A DNA stretch of 64,000 nucleotides from Marsupella aquatica. Taxonomy: Eukaryota > Plantae > Marchantiophyta. The position numbers were made by a program, and so were the translations under genes. Below are positions 36,853-47,400 of this stretch, piece after piece. The DNA lies in assembly GCA_973895155.1 (NCBI GenBank), contig OZ316898.1, positions 21,244,262-21,308,261 of the forward strand. Direction: 5' to 3'. The notes under the pieces are model-generated. The model ran no database searches and was not told the origin of the DNA. It saw only the letters and a list, made by a program, of their open reading frames with translations. Each line of letters begins with the position of its first letter. Position 1 is the first letter of the stretch.

Positions 36853-39800
36853 ATGGAACCCGGGCCGAGGCCGGAGGTAAGGCTAAGGGTGAAAACCCGA
36901 TTAGGGTTAGGGCGCGTTAAGCGTCGGCGGCTAGGAAGGATCAACGGGAAGAAGGACCGGCAGAGGAGAGGGGTAAGGAGCGCTTGCAGGAGATGGTGGC
37001 TCATTTGCGAGCACGAACTAGGCAGACGACTACGGGAGGCCAACTACTGTCAGCTGCTTAGGCAAGCACTCGGGGAGAGAGTAGATACCGACGATCGACC
37101 TAAGGAGGGTATGAGCAACGTCAATCAAGCGGCACATTTCTGGGGATGCCTGTTCGAACGGGCAACTGAGTACATCAAGACTTACGAGGACGAGGAGTCA
37201 GAAAGGGCAGCTCGAGAACGGTAGGAGCTCGCTCAATTGTGGGAGCTGCAGAAGACGGCTTTCTTAGGAGGCGAACTCATCAAGGATGAGTTCCTGTGGA
37301 CGCCTACTTCCAATCAACTCGACGATCTTCTGTTTTGCAAAGACAGCGTCGTCGGCATCCGAGAGGCCATCAAGAACTGCAACGACATACACTGGGAATT
37401 AAAGGGTAGCACGGAAAGGTGGACCCAGGCAACGGTGCTAGGAGAAACCTCCACGGCAGCAGAGATGAAGAGGAAGGGAGCCGTCAACGATGAAGCCACC
37501 CCGGCAAAAAGAACGAGGTCGGCGGCACCAAAGAAGCCAGCCGAGCAGCAGAGCAGGAGGCAGGGAGAAGCCGAAGAGGAGGAGGTCGATCCCATCAAGG
37601 CCATTCCAACCAGGGATGACACCTGGAAGGGCTGGGCAGCAACCCTACCGGTGGAGGTGCAACTACATTTTGCACGGGAGGAGGATGCATGCTTTACGGC
37701 CATGCAGACCAAGAAGTACCAAGGCTTCATGGCCGGATCCGGCTTGGAGGCCTTTGTAAGATTACCATGGCTGAAGCCGGAGGTACCGGAGTCAGACCTA
37801 TTAGAATTCGTGGGGTCATGGGAACCCGAGACCAATTGCACGAGGATATATGGGAAGGATTTCTATCTTACTCCCAAGGTAATTGCCGAAGTGTTTGGCC
37901 TGCCGATAGGCAATAAGACCAAAGTTGATACCAGGAAGACCTTGCCTGACAAGGAGTTCCGGTCGTTCCCCGGGCCATCAACGAAGAATGGCTTCTTCCG
38001 GAACACCTGCACCAACCCGCACATAGGAGAGATGATCGACTTCTTGCGGGTGACCATGCATTGTAACTTGCCGAGGGCAGAGATCGGCAAGGCACAGGTC
38101 TATATGGCAGAAAGGCCAGACCCAAGCCGGGACTACAACGGGTACCTCCTCAACCAATTGAAGAAGATCTTAAAGGAGGAGCAGCAGGTAATCGGCATGG
38201 GGAGCGTGTCGCGGCTTGGCTATCACATGCCGCTGTTGTGCCGGTATGCCAGAGGTCAGACTTTTGCCCCGGTACTTCCCCTGCAGGTAAGGGCACCCAA
38301 GGAAGCTCCAACGCCGAGGCCGTTGGCTGAGAAGCCTCAACCACCTGTTAGTCCTACGATCGAGCAGGTGTTTAGGCCCAGGAAGGAAGACTTGCCGATG
38401 CAGCAACCAGGCATGCAGAGTCTGCTGAAACTACTGGAGAAAGAAAAGAAATCGGCATCGGCAACAACAACGGCAACGGCAACAATGCAGGACACTACTA
38501 CAGAGGTAGGCCTACACCGGCTCACAAGAGAAAACCCCTTTGCTGGAGACAAGGAGAGAATCAGGCCGGAATCCAAGCCAGGTGTTCGAATGTACGTGGG
38601 AACCTCAAGCTCCGAATCTGAGGCAGAATTGCCTGAAGCTCCTACCGACGAAGAGGAGAGGGAGAAGCCGGACGTCCAAGAGGTAGAGGAGGCAGTGGAG
38701 GACTGCAGCCATGATAATTCCGGCTATGGGTCGGACCATCACGTTCCAGGAGTAAGGACCTGTGGCCGGTTTGTCCCCACACTTCCAAGGGTAGTGCGAG
38801 GGGACCCCAACCAGCAGAGTAGCCCTGAGTCTCCCCCACCAGATGTTGCTCCCCCGAGCTTCGACGGCATAAAACAGACGGTGCAGGAATTTCAGGAGCG
38901 AATCAAGCAGGAGGAAGAGGCCGCCCTGGCTAAGGAAAAGGATTTACCAGGAGGAGATTGGCCGGAGGACATCAGGCGGCTAGCCGAAAAAGGAAGCAAA
39001 CCTCTAGCCACGATTGAAGAGATCCGCAGGACGGCTTGGGAGCAGAGGCCACGATGGGCGATGCCGATCACTTCTACTTACTCCACCTACGCTAAGAATA
39101 GAGCCATGGAGTATGGTGAGATGTGTGGGGAACTTGCGCTCGGCATCTTTGGAGAGGAGTTGGAGGAAGGACCCTTTTTCCATAGGGAGCAGTTGGAGAA
39201 GCACCAATTAGAAGAAGCGGTGGCTTTAGAGAGAAGCAAGAAGGACGAGGTCATTCGGCGGCTTAGGAGGATGGAAGCCGAGATTGAAGATCTAAGGGCG
39301 GCCAAGAAAGCCCAAGATGAACTACGGATTAAACGACATGAGCTGAACATCATGCAGGGGCAGTTGGACACCGCGCAGGCTGATAATCAGAATATCAAGG
39401 ATAAACTGACTCAGACGCAGGAAGAGTTGGCCGACACGATCAAAGAGAGGGAGAAGTGGAAGCAAGAGCTGAAGAATACAGAGGAGGCCCACATAACAGC
39501 CAACAGCCGGGCCATGGCGGAGACCCAAAGAAAGGAATGGGCGTTAAAGGGGGAGCTCGAGAAAATCCGCGGAGCCCTTGAACAGAAGGAGGTCGAGTTA
39601 GGGAAATCCTATCAAGGGATTATGGCGCTACAGCAGGAGTTTGCGTCCCTGACGGCCAGCTTCAAGGCCGACCTAAGGGAGAAGGACGAGATGCTCGAAC
39701 AGACTTACGCCAAGATGAACCAGATGGAGTCTGTCATCATTGCAGAGCTCGACAAGGAGCTAAGAGCAACCCAGGAGGAGAGGGCTACCTTGAAGAAGGA

Positions 39801-40476
39801 ATTGGAGGAAGCCCACAGGGAGCAGGAGGAGGCCAAAAATGAGCTGGAGGGGGCACGTAAGGACCTGGATGAAACCCAAGAGGAGTTGGAGGAAATCACG
39901 AGGAAGATGGAGAACCTACAGCGGCGGGCCGACAACCAAACAGAGCGGCTGAAGAAACAAGCCGCAGTATTTAAATGCTTAGCTGCAGCAGGTCCATCTC
40001 CCGTTGGGACAAACCAGTTACCAGGGGTGGTAATTGCCGAAGGACAAGCCGCGCCAACTGCACCAGTGCCGGAAGTAAGTGGGAAGGGGAAGGGACCAGC
40101 TGCCGAGCCACCAACGAAGAAGAAGCGGAAACCTTCAGGGTCAAGGAGTAATACGACTTCACAGGCCGTGGTGATCAAGGAGGTAGACCCAGCACCGACC
40201 CCAGACAGGGTCACGGCTAAGGATCCAACTACCCTAGGGGAAGGGGAGGCCGAAGCCGAGGGAGTGGCTGAAGCCGAAGCCGTGGGAGTGGCTGAGGCCA
40301 AAGCCGTGGGTATTGCCGAGGCCGGTGTCGAGGCTGAAGCCGAAGGTGGACCCAGTCAGGCCGATGGAGAGTTGACTCGGTCAAGGGCAGGTAATCTGTC
40401 AGTAGGCGGGCCAACGGCAGTGGCTGAGGAGGAAGTGTTGGGGGCGTCCATTGAGGATCCACCACCGGTGTCGTGA
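36853..40476 (+). pseudogene. LTR-encoded ORF, 1207 codons, single premature TAG at 37222-37224 (1079-aa open segment remains)
   Basis: 36814..37224 and 37237..40476 are in the same frame; the TAG is CAG in the 3' LTR. Central PMD/plant-transposon-like domain, long heptad coiled coil and KKKRK basic motif. Confidence 0.9.
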
Positions 40477-41402
40477 CGGTGCAAGGGCGCCGTTCCTTTT
40501 AGGGAGGGCGGACGTGGAGGGAGGAGGCGTGAGTGGGCAGGGCGGGCACGGATCTCCACGTTTAGGATTAGGATCAGAACCAGGAGCGGCCCTGACACTT
40601 AGCTTAGTGGGATTGCGGTCCCACTGGTAGGAGCAACACTTGTGCTCCTGCCTTGCTGTACATAGGTAGATTCGGGCAAGTAGATTACTGTCAGGTAGAT
40701 TAGGCTTACGATGCAAAGAATGGCGGATCCACTACCAGGATAAGTACCTGGGCAGCGGGGAGCTCAGGGCCTCTTCTTTAGCAAGTTTTTAGTTTGCACC
40801 AGCCGGGCTGGGATCAAGTAGTACGAGAAGCTCTCGGTTAGTCATACAGTGACCCTTGTGTATATTCATGTTTCCTCATGCCTAAGAGCTGAATAGAGTT
40901 GGCCTCACGGCTTAGTTCGCAGAACTTGTGTATGAGATGTACTGTTTGTATGGCAAGTGCATGGTATGACTCAGTCAGAATGAGTCATTTTGCTATTTGT
41001 GTGTCGCATTAACTTGTGTGAAGAGTGCCCACATCAACAGAAGGAAGGAAAGTAAGCAGGGGAGTGAGAGTTGGATGTGTCGAGCTGAGAGAGGTCTTAG
41101 CGGCTTAACCAAGCCTATTGGGGATCATTCCGGCGGCGGAATCCAAACATACCTAACAAGACGGAGGGGAAGACAGGGGAAGACAGGGGAAGGCCTATAT
41201 TAGGCCGGCTACGTATCTCATGACCCGATGAAGGATCTGTCCAGTATATGTGTGTAAAATGTTAATAGTAGTAGTAGAAGGTTAGCAGCGTCCCATGCCG
41301 CTAAGCCACGGAAACGGCCTCGCCAAGCATGAAACCTGCGGGAATCGGCTTGAGCTGGGGGGGTTTCTTGGGTTTAGGGAGCCATGGGACGCACCACATT
41401 TT

Positions 41403-41420
41403 TGGCGCTAGATGGAGGGG
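41403..41420 (+). other. Primer binding site
   Basis: TGGCGCTAGATGGAGGGG, 4 nt after the 5' LTR. TGG is complementary to tRNA CCA; the cognate tRNA is not identified. Confidence 0.8.
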
Positions 41421-41467
41421 GCATTTCTTAAGCCGTGAGATATGAAGTTAGAACGGAAGCGTAGGTA

Positions 41468-44461
41468 ATGACTGACCTTACGCCGAGGGAAGAAAGAGTG
41501 ATTCAACGGGAGAGAGCTCGACTGCAGCAGCTCGCCGGGTGGCATGATACACAGCGACTGAGAGGGGCAGAAAGAGCTGGTAGCTCCGAAACTGGAAGTG
41601 GCGTCGAAGAAGACATACCAAAAGAAGAGTCGGTAAGGAGAAGTGAGTCTCCAACCGACATGGGGGAACCAGAGGCACGGCCAGACGAGAGGCCAGGGAC
41701 CAGATTGAGCCAGCGGTCGCGCATACATTACAAGGCATTTCATGGGAGAGGAGATGAGGATCCGGACGAATGGTTGGATGATTTCGAGGGAACCGCTGCA
41801 GCAAATGGAGAATCGGCCATCAAGATGCAGATTCTTCCCGGCCTGTTCAAGGGTGAGGCTAGGCCTTGGTACAGAGCATTAGATGTGGAAGATCAAGCCA
41901 TCTGGGATATCTTCAAAACACTCTTTGTTAAGGAGTTTCGACCCATTGGAACTTCAGAACTAGCAGTGCTGAAGTTGGGACAACTTCGGTTCAAGGAGAA
42001 CAAATCCTTCAGGAAGTTCTTGCAACGCTTTCAGAAACTGGTAAGACGTACAAAGACCAATGCATCTGAAGGTATGCAACTTCAATGGTTGGTGAATGCT
42101 TTGCCACAGAAGATGAGTTTTGCAATTAGGAAGGAGAACCCGGAGACCTTAGCCGAAGCAATTAAGGATATTCAATTATACATTAATGCAGATATCACAA
42201 GCCGGAAGAAACAGCTTAAGTCTGAGAGTTCCTCATCAGAGGAGGGATCACCCCATAAGAAAAAAGATAAGAAGAAGAAACATTCCAAGAAGTCTAGAAG
42301 TGATAAGTCAAGCTCGGATAGTGGGAGTAGCAAGAGTGAGTCATCTTCTAGTTCTGAAGAAGAAAAAACTAGGAAAAGGAAGGGCAGAAGGAGAGGGAAG
42401 ACGAAAGTCAAGATGGAGGCTAAGCCACCAGATAACATCGTAGCCCTTACCGAGCAACTTAAGGCTATCATTGCAGAGGTAAAACCAAAGAAGAAGGTAG
42501 TACAGGAGGATAGCTCTGTATGGTGTGCCTTATGTTATAAAACCGGACACCATAAAGATGCGTGTCCTAAGCTTAATACTAATCATGTTCGGCATGTGGC
42601 CAAGATCAGACCATGTCAGGGAGAAGTAGAGTACTTTTTGGGAGATGCCGCTGATAGTGTTTTCGGCATCAGTGAGACTGGAGCACGAGACCTATCCAAC
42701 AGACCTGCATCTCTGTGGTCAGGGTTAAGGAACAATCCAAGAGAGATGTATCCTCGGATTATTCAGAACCCGTCAGTACCTCCTAGGCCGAATGTGCAAA
42801 GATTTGCGGCGTGCTATAATTGTGGTCAACCTGGCCATTTTGCTAGAGAATGCCCGAATGCACGCAAACAGGGTGATGGACAACCAGCTCAGCTATGTAT
42901 GGGATGCCGACAGGAAGGTCATATGCTAGGGCAATGTCCTACTTGGTTGGCAGGCCTGGCCGCAAATCATAAGCTTTTGCCGATCAAGATCTTACCGCCA
43001 GGTACTACCCCCGGAGGAGTTCAAATCAACCACATCGAACTAGGATGGCAAGAGGATGCCGAGGCAGAGTTCGTACCATCTGATGATGAGGCCGAAGCCC
43101 TATCAACCTTCTCAGAGGAGGATTTAGATCATGATTGCTACCGGGTCTCTACTCGATCTACCAGAAGGAAGGAAAGGTGGGATGGGCTGGCCAAAAATAA
43201 AGGGAAGGTTACGGAGGAAAGGATCGACTCTTCGTCAACATCAACAGAAGGAGAAGGGAGGGCTCCGGCAATACAGGTAAGCCATGAGCCCACCAGTGAA
43301 ACCAATCCTTCACAAGATAGCGACTTCAATCGAGATCATCCTAAGTTGTTCTACCCCTCTGTTACGGCTAGTGTTAAGGAACAACTAAGAGAATTAGAAA
43401 CCCTGGAGAATACCGAAGCCATTGCCAAGGATGTAAAACGAGCAAAAGCATTGTTTGCTTCGGAAGACCCAACAGCTGTGGAGACTAGCGTGGCAAAACT
43501 GGCCGAATCCAAGACGGAAACACCACCAGAAGAGAAGCCGATTGTTCCCTATGACCTGGCTAAAGATGTACTAGAATCTAGAGTCTCGGCAACAGTAGGT
43601 CAACTATTGAAAAATAGCCCGTACTTCCGGAAGCAATTAAGGAAGGCTATTCTCGGCAAGCCGAGATTACCCAAGGTAGCAACCAGATCCGACGTACTAA
43701 TGATAGAAGAAGATCAAGGAGCCCCAGCATTACCATTAATGATTCAAGGAGAATTATTACTACGGGTACCCATCGATGGAGGATCAGGGGTATGTATTAT
43801 GATTGATTCAACAGCAAAAGGGTGGGGTCTAACACCGGAGATGACTGGAAGAGTGTTGAACATGGCCAATGGATATCAGGTCATTCCGACGGGAGTGTTA
43901 ACCGGCATCAAGACAGAGATAGGAGGTATCTTCTTTAGCATTAACTATGTAGTAATGAAGCCGGTAAATCCTACGTCATTCCGGCTATTGATTGGTAGGC
44001 CATGGCTGTACCTAGCCGAGGTAATAGAAGATTGGGGTAAAAAGCAGTTCACTTTCGGGACCCCCTCTATCACGGTATCCTGGGACACTAAGGATGACCG
44101 TAGGAAAAGCATAAGGGAAGTAGATGGGTACGACAGTGGACTGGAGTCAGCCGATGAAGTACGTTGGTTAGAATGCCTCACTAACCTAACCGAAGAAGGT
44201 GTCTTTGGACCAGAGGTACCCCCCAACGGATTATGGCAAGAACCAATGGAAGGTGACTTGGAAGAAGAAGACGAAGAGGTCGAGGACTGCTTTACAATAG
44301 AATCCACCTTTTTAGCTGCAATTCCGGAGGAAGTAAAGGATGTAGACCAATTGGATGAAACGGCTAAGTGGGGAGCAGTAGCAGGGACAGTGGATTTTCT
44401 GCAGGCGTTGTGGCAGAGCCGACGGGGTCCACAACGCCATCGATCATCGGCAAGGAATTAA
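41468..44461 (+). CDS. gag: Gag-protease polyprotein (capsid-like domain, three CCHC zinc knuckles, aspartic protease)
   Basis: 997-aa ORF: FHGRGDEDPDEWLDDF..ARPWY; CALCYKTGHHKDAC, CYNCGQPGHFAREC, CMGCRQEGHMLGQC; IDGGSGVCI and LLIGRPWL. Confidence 0.93.
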   Translation: MTDLTPREERVIQRERARLQQLAGWHDTQRLRGAERAGSSETGSGVEEDIPKEESVRRSESPTDMGEPEARPDERPGTRLSQRSRIHYKAFHGRGDEDPDEWLDDFEGTAAANGESAIKMQILPGLFKGEARPWYRALDVEDQAIWDIFKTLFVKEFRPIGTSELAVLKLGQLRFKENKSFRKFLQRFQKLVRRTKTNASEGMQLQWLVNALPQKMSFAIRKENPETLAEAIKDIQLYINADITSRKKQLKSESSSSEEGSPHKKKDKKKKHSKKSRSDKSSSDSGSSKSESSSSSEEEKTRKRKGRRRGKTKVKMEAKPPDNIVALTEQLKAIIAEVKPKKKVVQEDSSVWCALCYKTGHHKDACPKLNTNHVRHVAKIRPCQGEVEYFLGDAADSVFGISETGARDLSNRPASLWSGLRNNPREMYPRIIQNPSVPPRPNVQRFAACYNCGQPGHFARECPNARKQGDGQPAQLCMGCRQEGHMLGQCPTWLAGLAANHKLLPIKILPPGTTPGGVQINHIELGWQEDAEAEFVPSDDEAEALSTFSEEDLDHDCYRVSTRSTRRKERWDGLAKNKGKVTEERIDSSSTSTEGEGRAPAIQVSHEPTSETNPSQDSDFNRDHPKLFYPSVTASVKEQLRELETLENTEAIAKDVKRAKALFASEDPTAVETSVAKLAESKTETPPEEKPIVPYDLAKDVLESRVSATVGQLLKNSPYFRKQLRKAILGKPRLPKVATRSDVLMIEEDQGAPALPLMIQGELLLRVPIDGGSGVCIMIDSTAKGWGLTPEMTGRVLNMANGYQVIPTGVLTGIKTEIGGIFFSINYVVMKPVNPTSFRLLIGRPWLYLAEVIEDWGKKQFTFGTPSITVSWDTKDDRRKSIREVDGYDSGLESADEVRWLECLTNLTEEGVFGPEVPPNGLWQEPMEGDLEEEDEEVEDCFTIESTFLAAIPEEVKDVDQLDETAKWGAVAGTVDFLQALWQSRRGPQRHRSSARN

Positions 44462-47400
44462 ATACCAAGGGATCGGCATACAAGCCGATTACGAGGGCAG
44501 AACAAATTGAGGCCCTATTAGAAGCCGAGAGAGCACAGCGGCCTAACTCTCAGGAGCAAGAGGTGGATGAGATGGACAGACACGATCTAGAGCCAAGGCA
44601 GGAAGGGGAGCCGACCACTAATTCAAAACCGAATAGACCGGTAAGGGGACAATCTATGGACACCAAGGAAGGGACCGACTCGGCTAGTCCAGCCGAGATC
44701 CCAGTTTATGGAGGTATGAGATTAGAGAGACTGGAAGCCGAACTGGACCCGAATTTGAAGAAGCAGATTAATATGATCCAAGCACGGCAATATCGGAAGC
44801 TCGACTTAGGAGAGGGAAGAGAACTGAACTTAGGGAGAAACCTAGCACCTGAGCTCGAGAAAGAGATCAGTGACTTATTGATTGAATTTCAGGATGTGTT
44901 TGCATGGAGTCACCAAGATCTAAAGGGAGTAGATCCAACACTAGGGGAACATCGAATTGATCTCATGTTAGGAGCCAAATCATTTCGACAACCAATTCGA
45001 AGGATGAACCCGAAGTATTCCCTGCTGGTCAAAACAGAAATCGACAAACTAGTGGAAGCTGGATTCATCACTCCAGTCTTGCATTCAGACTGGGTGTCTC
45101 CAATTGTGATAGTTCCCAAGAAAGCTGGACCCGATGGTAAACCCAAGATCCGGGTTTGTCAGGATTACAGGAAGCTGAATGAAGCAACATTAAAAGACCA
45201 TTTTCCTTTACCGTTTACTGATATGGTACTAGACATGGTAGCCAATCATGAACTATATTCATTCATGGATGGATACTCTGGTTATAACCAAATCAGGATT
45301 CGGCAGGAAGACCAAATCAAGACGGCCTTCATCACGGAATGGGGGATCTATGTCTTCAATCGTATGTCGTTTGGACTCTGCAACGCACCAGCTATGTTCC
45401 AACGATTAATGGTGAACATTTTTCATGATTACTTGAGAAAGTTCATGGAAATCTTCATTGATGACTTTGCAGTATTCGGGAAGGCATCGAAACATGCTAA
45501 ATACCTCAGGAAAACCTTCATGAGATGTAGAGAGGTGGGTCTCAAGTTACACCCAGATAAATGTTTTTTTGCAGTAACCGAGGGGGTGCTACTAGGTCAC
45601 AAGGTATCAAGGAAGGGCATTGAGATTGACAAAGGTAAGCTAGCAGTATGGCTAGATATCATGCAACCTAAGAACATAAAGGATGTAAGATCCTTCTTGG
45701 GATGCATTGGTTACTATCGCCGGTTCATCAAGGATTTTGCCAAGCTGGCTTTACCATTAACCAATATGCTCAAGGCAGGAGCAGACTTCGAACCCACACC
45801 CGAACGAGTCACAGCGGTGGTAGAATTGAAGCAGATGTTAGTAGAGGCCCCAGTCATGATAGCACCGGACTGGAACAAAGATTTTCATGTTTTTGTAGAT
45901 GTCTCGGGCTTCTGTATTGGCTCAGTACTAAGTCAGTTGGATGAGAAAGGAAGGGACCATCCCATATACTTCGCAAGCCGTCAGCTTGCCGATGCCGAAC
46001 GGAACTACTCTACCACGGAAAGAGAAGCATTAGGAGTCATTTATTCTTGTAAAAAGTTTAGGCATTATTTACTAGGGTACAAGGTAATCTTTCATACTGA
46101 TCATGAAAGTTTGAAGTACCTAGTCAATAAGCCGGACCTTACAGGCAGAGTAGCAAGATGGATTTTGCTATTACAGGAGTTTGACTATGAGCTGAGGATC
46201 AAGCCGGGAAAGTTACATGCCAATGCCGACTTCTTTTCAAGGATCACAGGTAAACCTGCCACGGATTGCATCGATGATCGATTCCCCGACGAGGAGCTAT
46301 TCATTGTGGAAATAGCTGATACATGGTACCCTAAGATTTTACAATTTCTCAGCACTTCCAGATTACAGCCAGGATTAAGCCGAGAGCAAGCCGCAGTCTT
46401 TGTGCGGAAGGTCAGACAGTATCAGTGCATTAAAGGCATACTGCACAAGCATGGAATCAACGGCACGATTCAAAGGTGTTTGGAAAAGAGAGAGGTAAAA
46501 CGAGTCCTACGGGCCATGCATGGAGAGGAGGCCAGAGGACATTCTGCCCCAGTAACCACGTCTAAGAAGATATTAAATGTCGGTTACTGGTGGCCCACCT
46601 TGCACAAAGATGTCTATCAGTTTATCAAACAATGCGATCCTTGTCAACGAGCGGGAGGACCAAGGGCGTCCACCAGGCATCCACTGCACCCTATTCTACC
46701 TCTGGCACCATTCGAGAAGTGGGGTATTGATTACATTGGACCTCTGAAACCACTAACCCACCCTCGACGGAACAAGTACATAATCCTGGCTACGGATTAT
46801 GCAACTAAATGGGTAGAGGCCAGACCAACAACGAAGGATGATGCAATTACTACGGCTAGATTCATGTATGAGCAGATCTTCACCAGGTATGGAGCACCCC
46901 TAGAATTAGTTAGTGATAGAGGAACCCATTTTTTGAATGATATAATTAGTCGTTTAAATGAGCAGTATTTAGTTAAACATAGGCCTACTACTCCCTACCA
47001 TCCAAAGGCAAACGGGTTGACAGAACGAGCAAACGGAATCATAGGAAAGATATTGAACAAGACAGTAGCTCAGAACAAACTCGATTGGGATGATAAATTG
47101 TTTGCTGCTGTTTTTGCTTACAATCTTGCCTATAAATCCACTACCGGTCATACACCCTTCTTCTTAACCTTTGGACAAGAAGCCCTGGTACCCATGCAAC
47201 TTGAGATACCGACATTTCAAGTTACAATTGAGGAAAGAGCCTCAGCGGAGGAGAGCCTAAAGGAGCGAGAATATAGGTTAGAAGCTTTAGAGGAAGCGAG
47301 AATGATTTCAGCCGAGAGAGTAGAATATAGACAGAATATCATGAAGCAGCAGTATGATAAAAGGTTAAAAGTAGTTAGTATTCATACCGGTGATCTTGTG

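Larger units (their letters stand above)
36738..41398 (+). repeat. 5' LTR (4661 bp)
   Basis: tgtgatgcc…gacgcaccaca; direct repeat of 47623-52272; followed by the PBS. Confidence 0.96.

Noticed and set aside
36901-36912. TTAGGG x2 and other telomere-like words as an interstitial telomere
   Set aside because: Only two units, embedded in LTR sequence; too short to call.
37314-40301. Recurring antisense ORFs (175, 198, 94 aa) conserved among copies
   Set aside because: They are shadows of the sense LTR ORF in near-identical repeats, with no independent coding signal.
36853-40476. Interpretation as an env gene, or as a captured host SMC/myosin gene
   Set aside because: No signal peptide or transmembrane segment and no ATPase motifs. 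Coiled-coil similarity would be compositional only.
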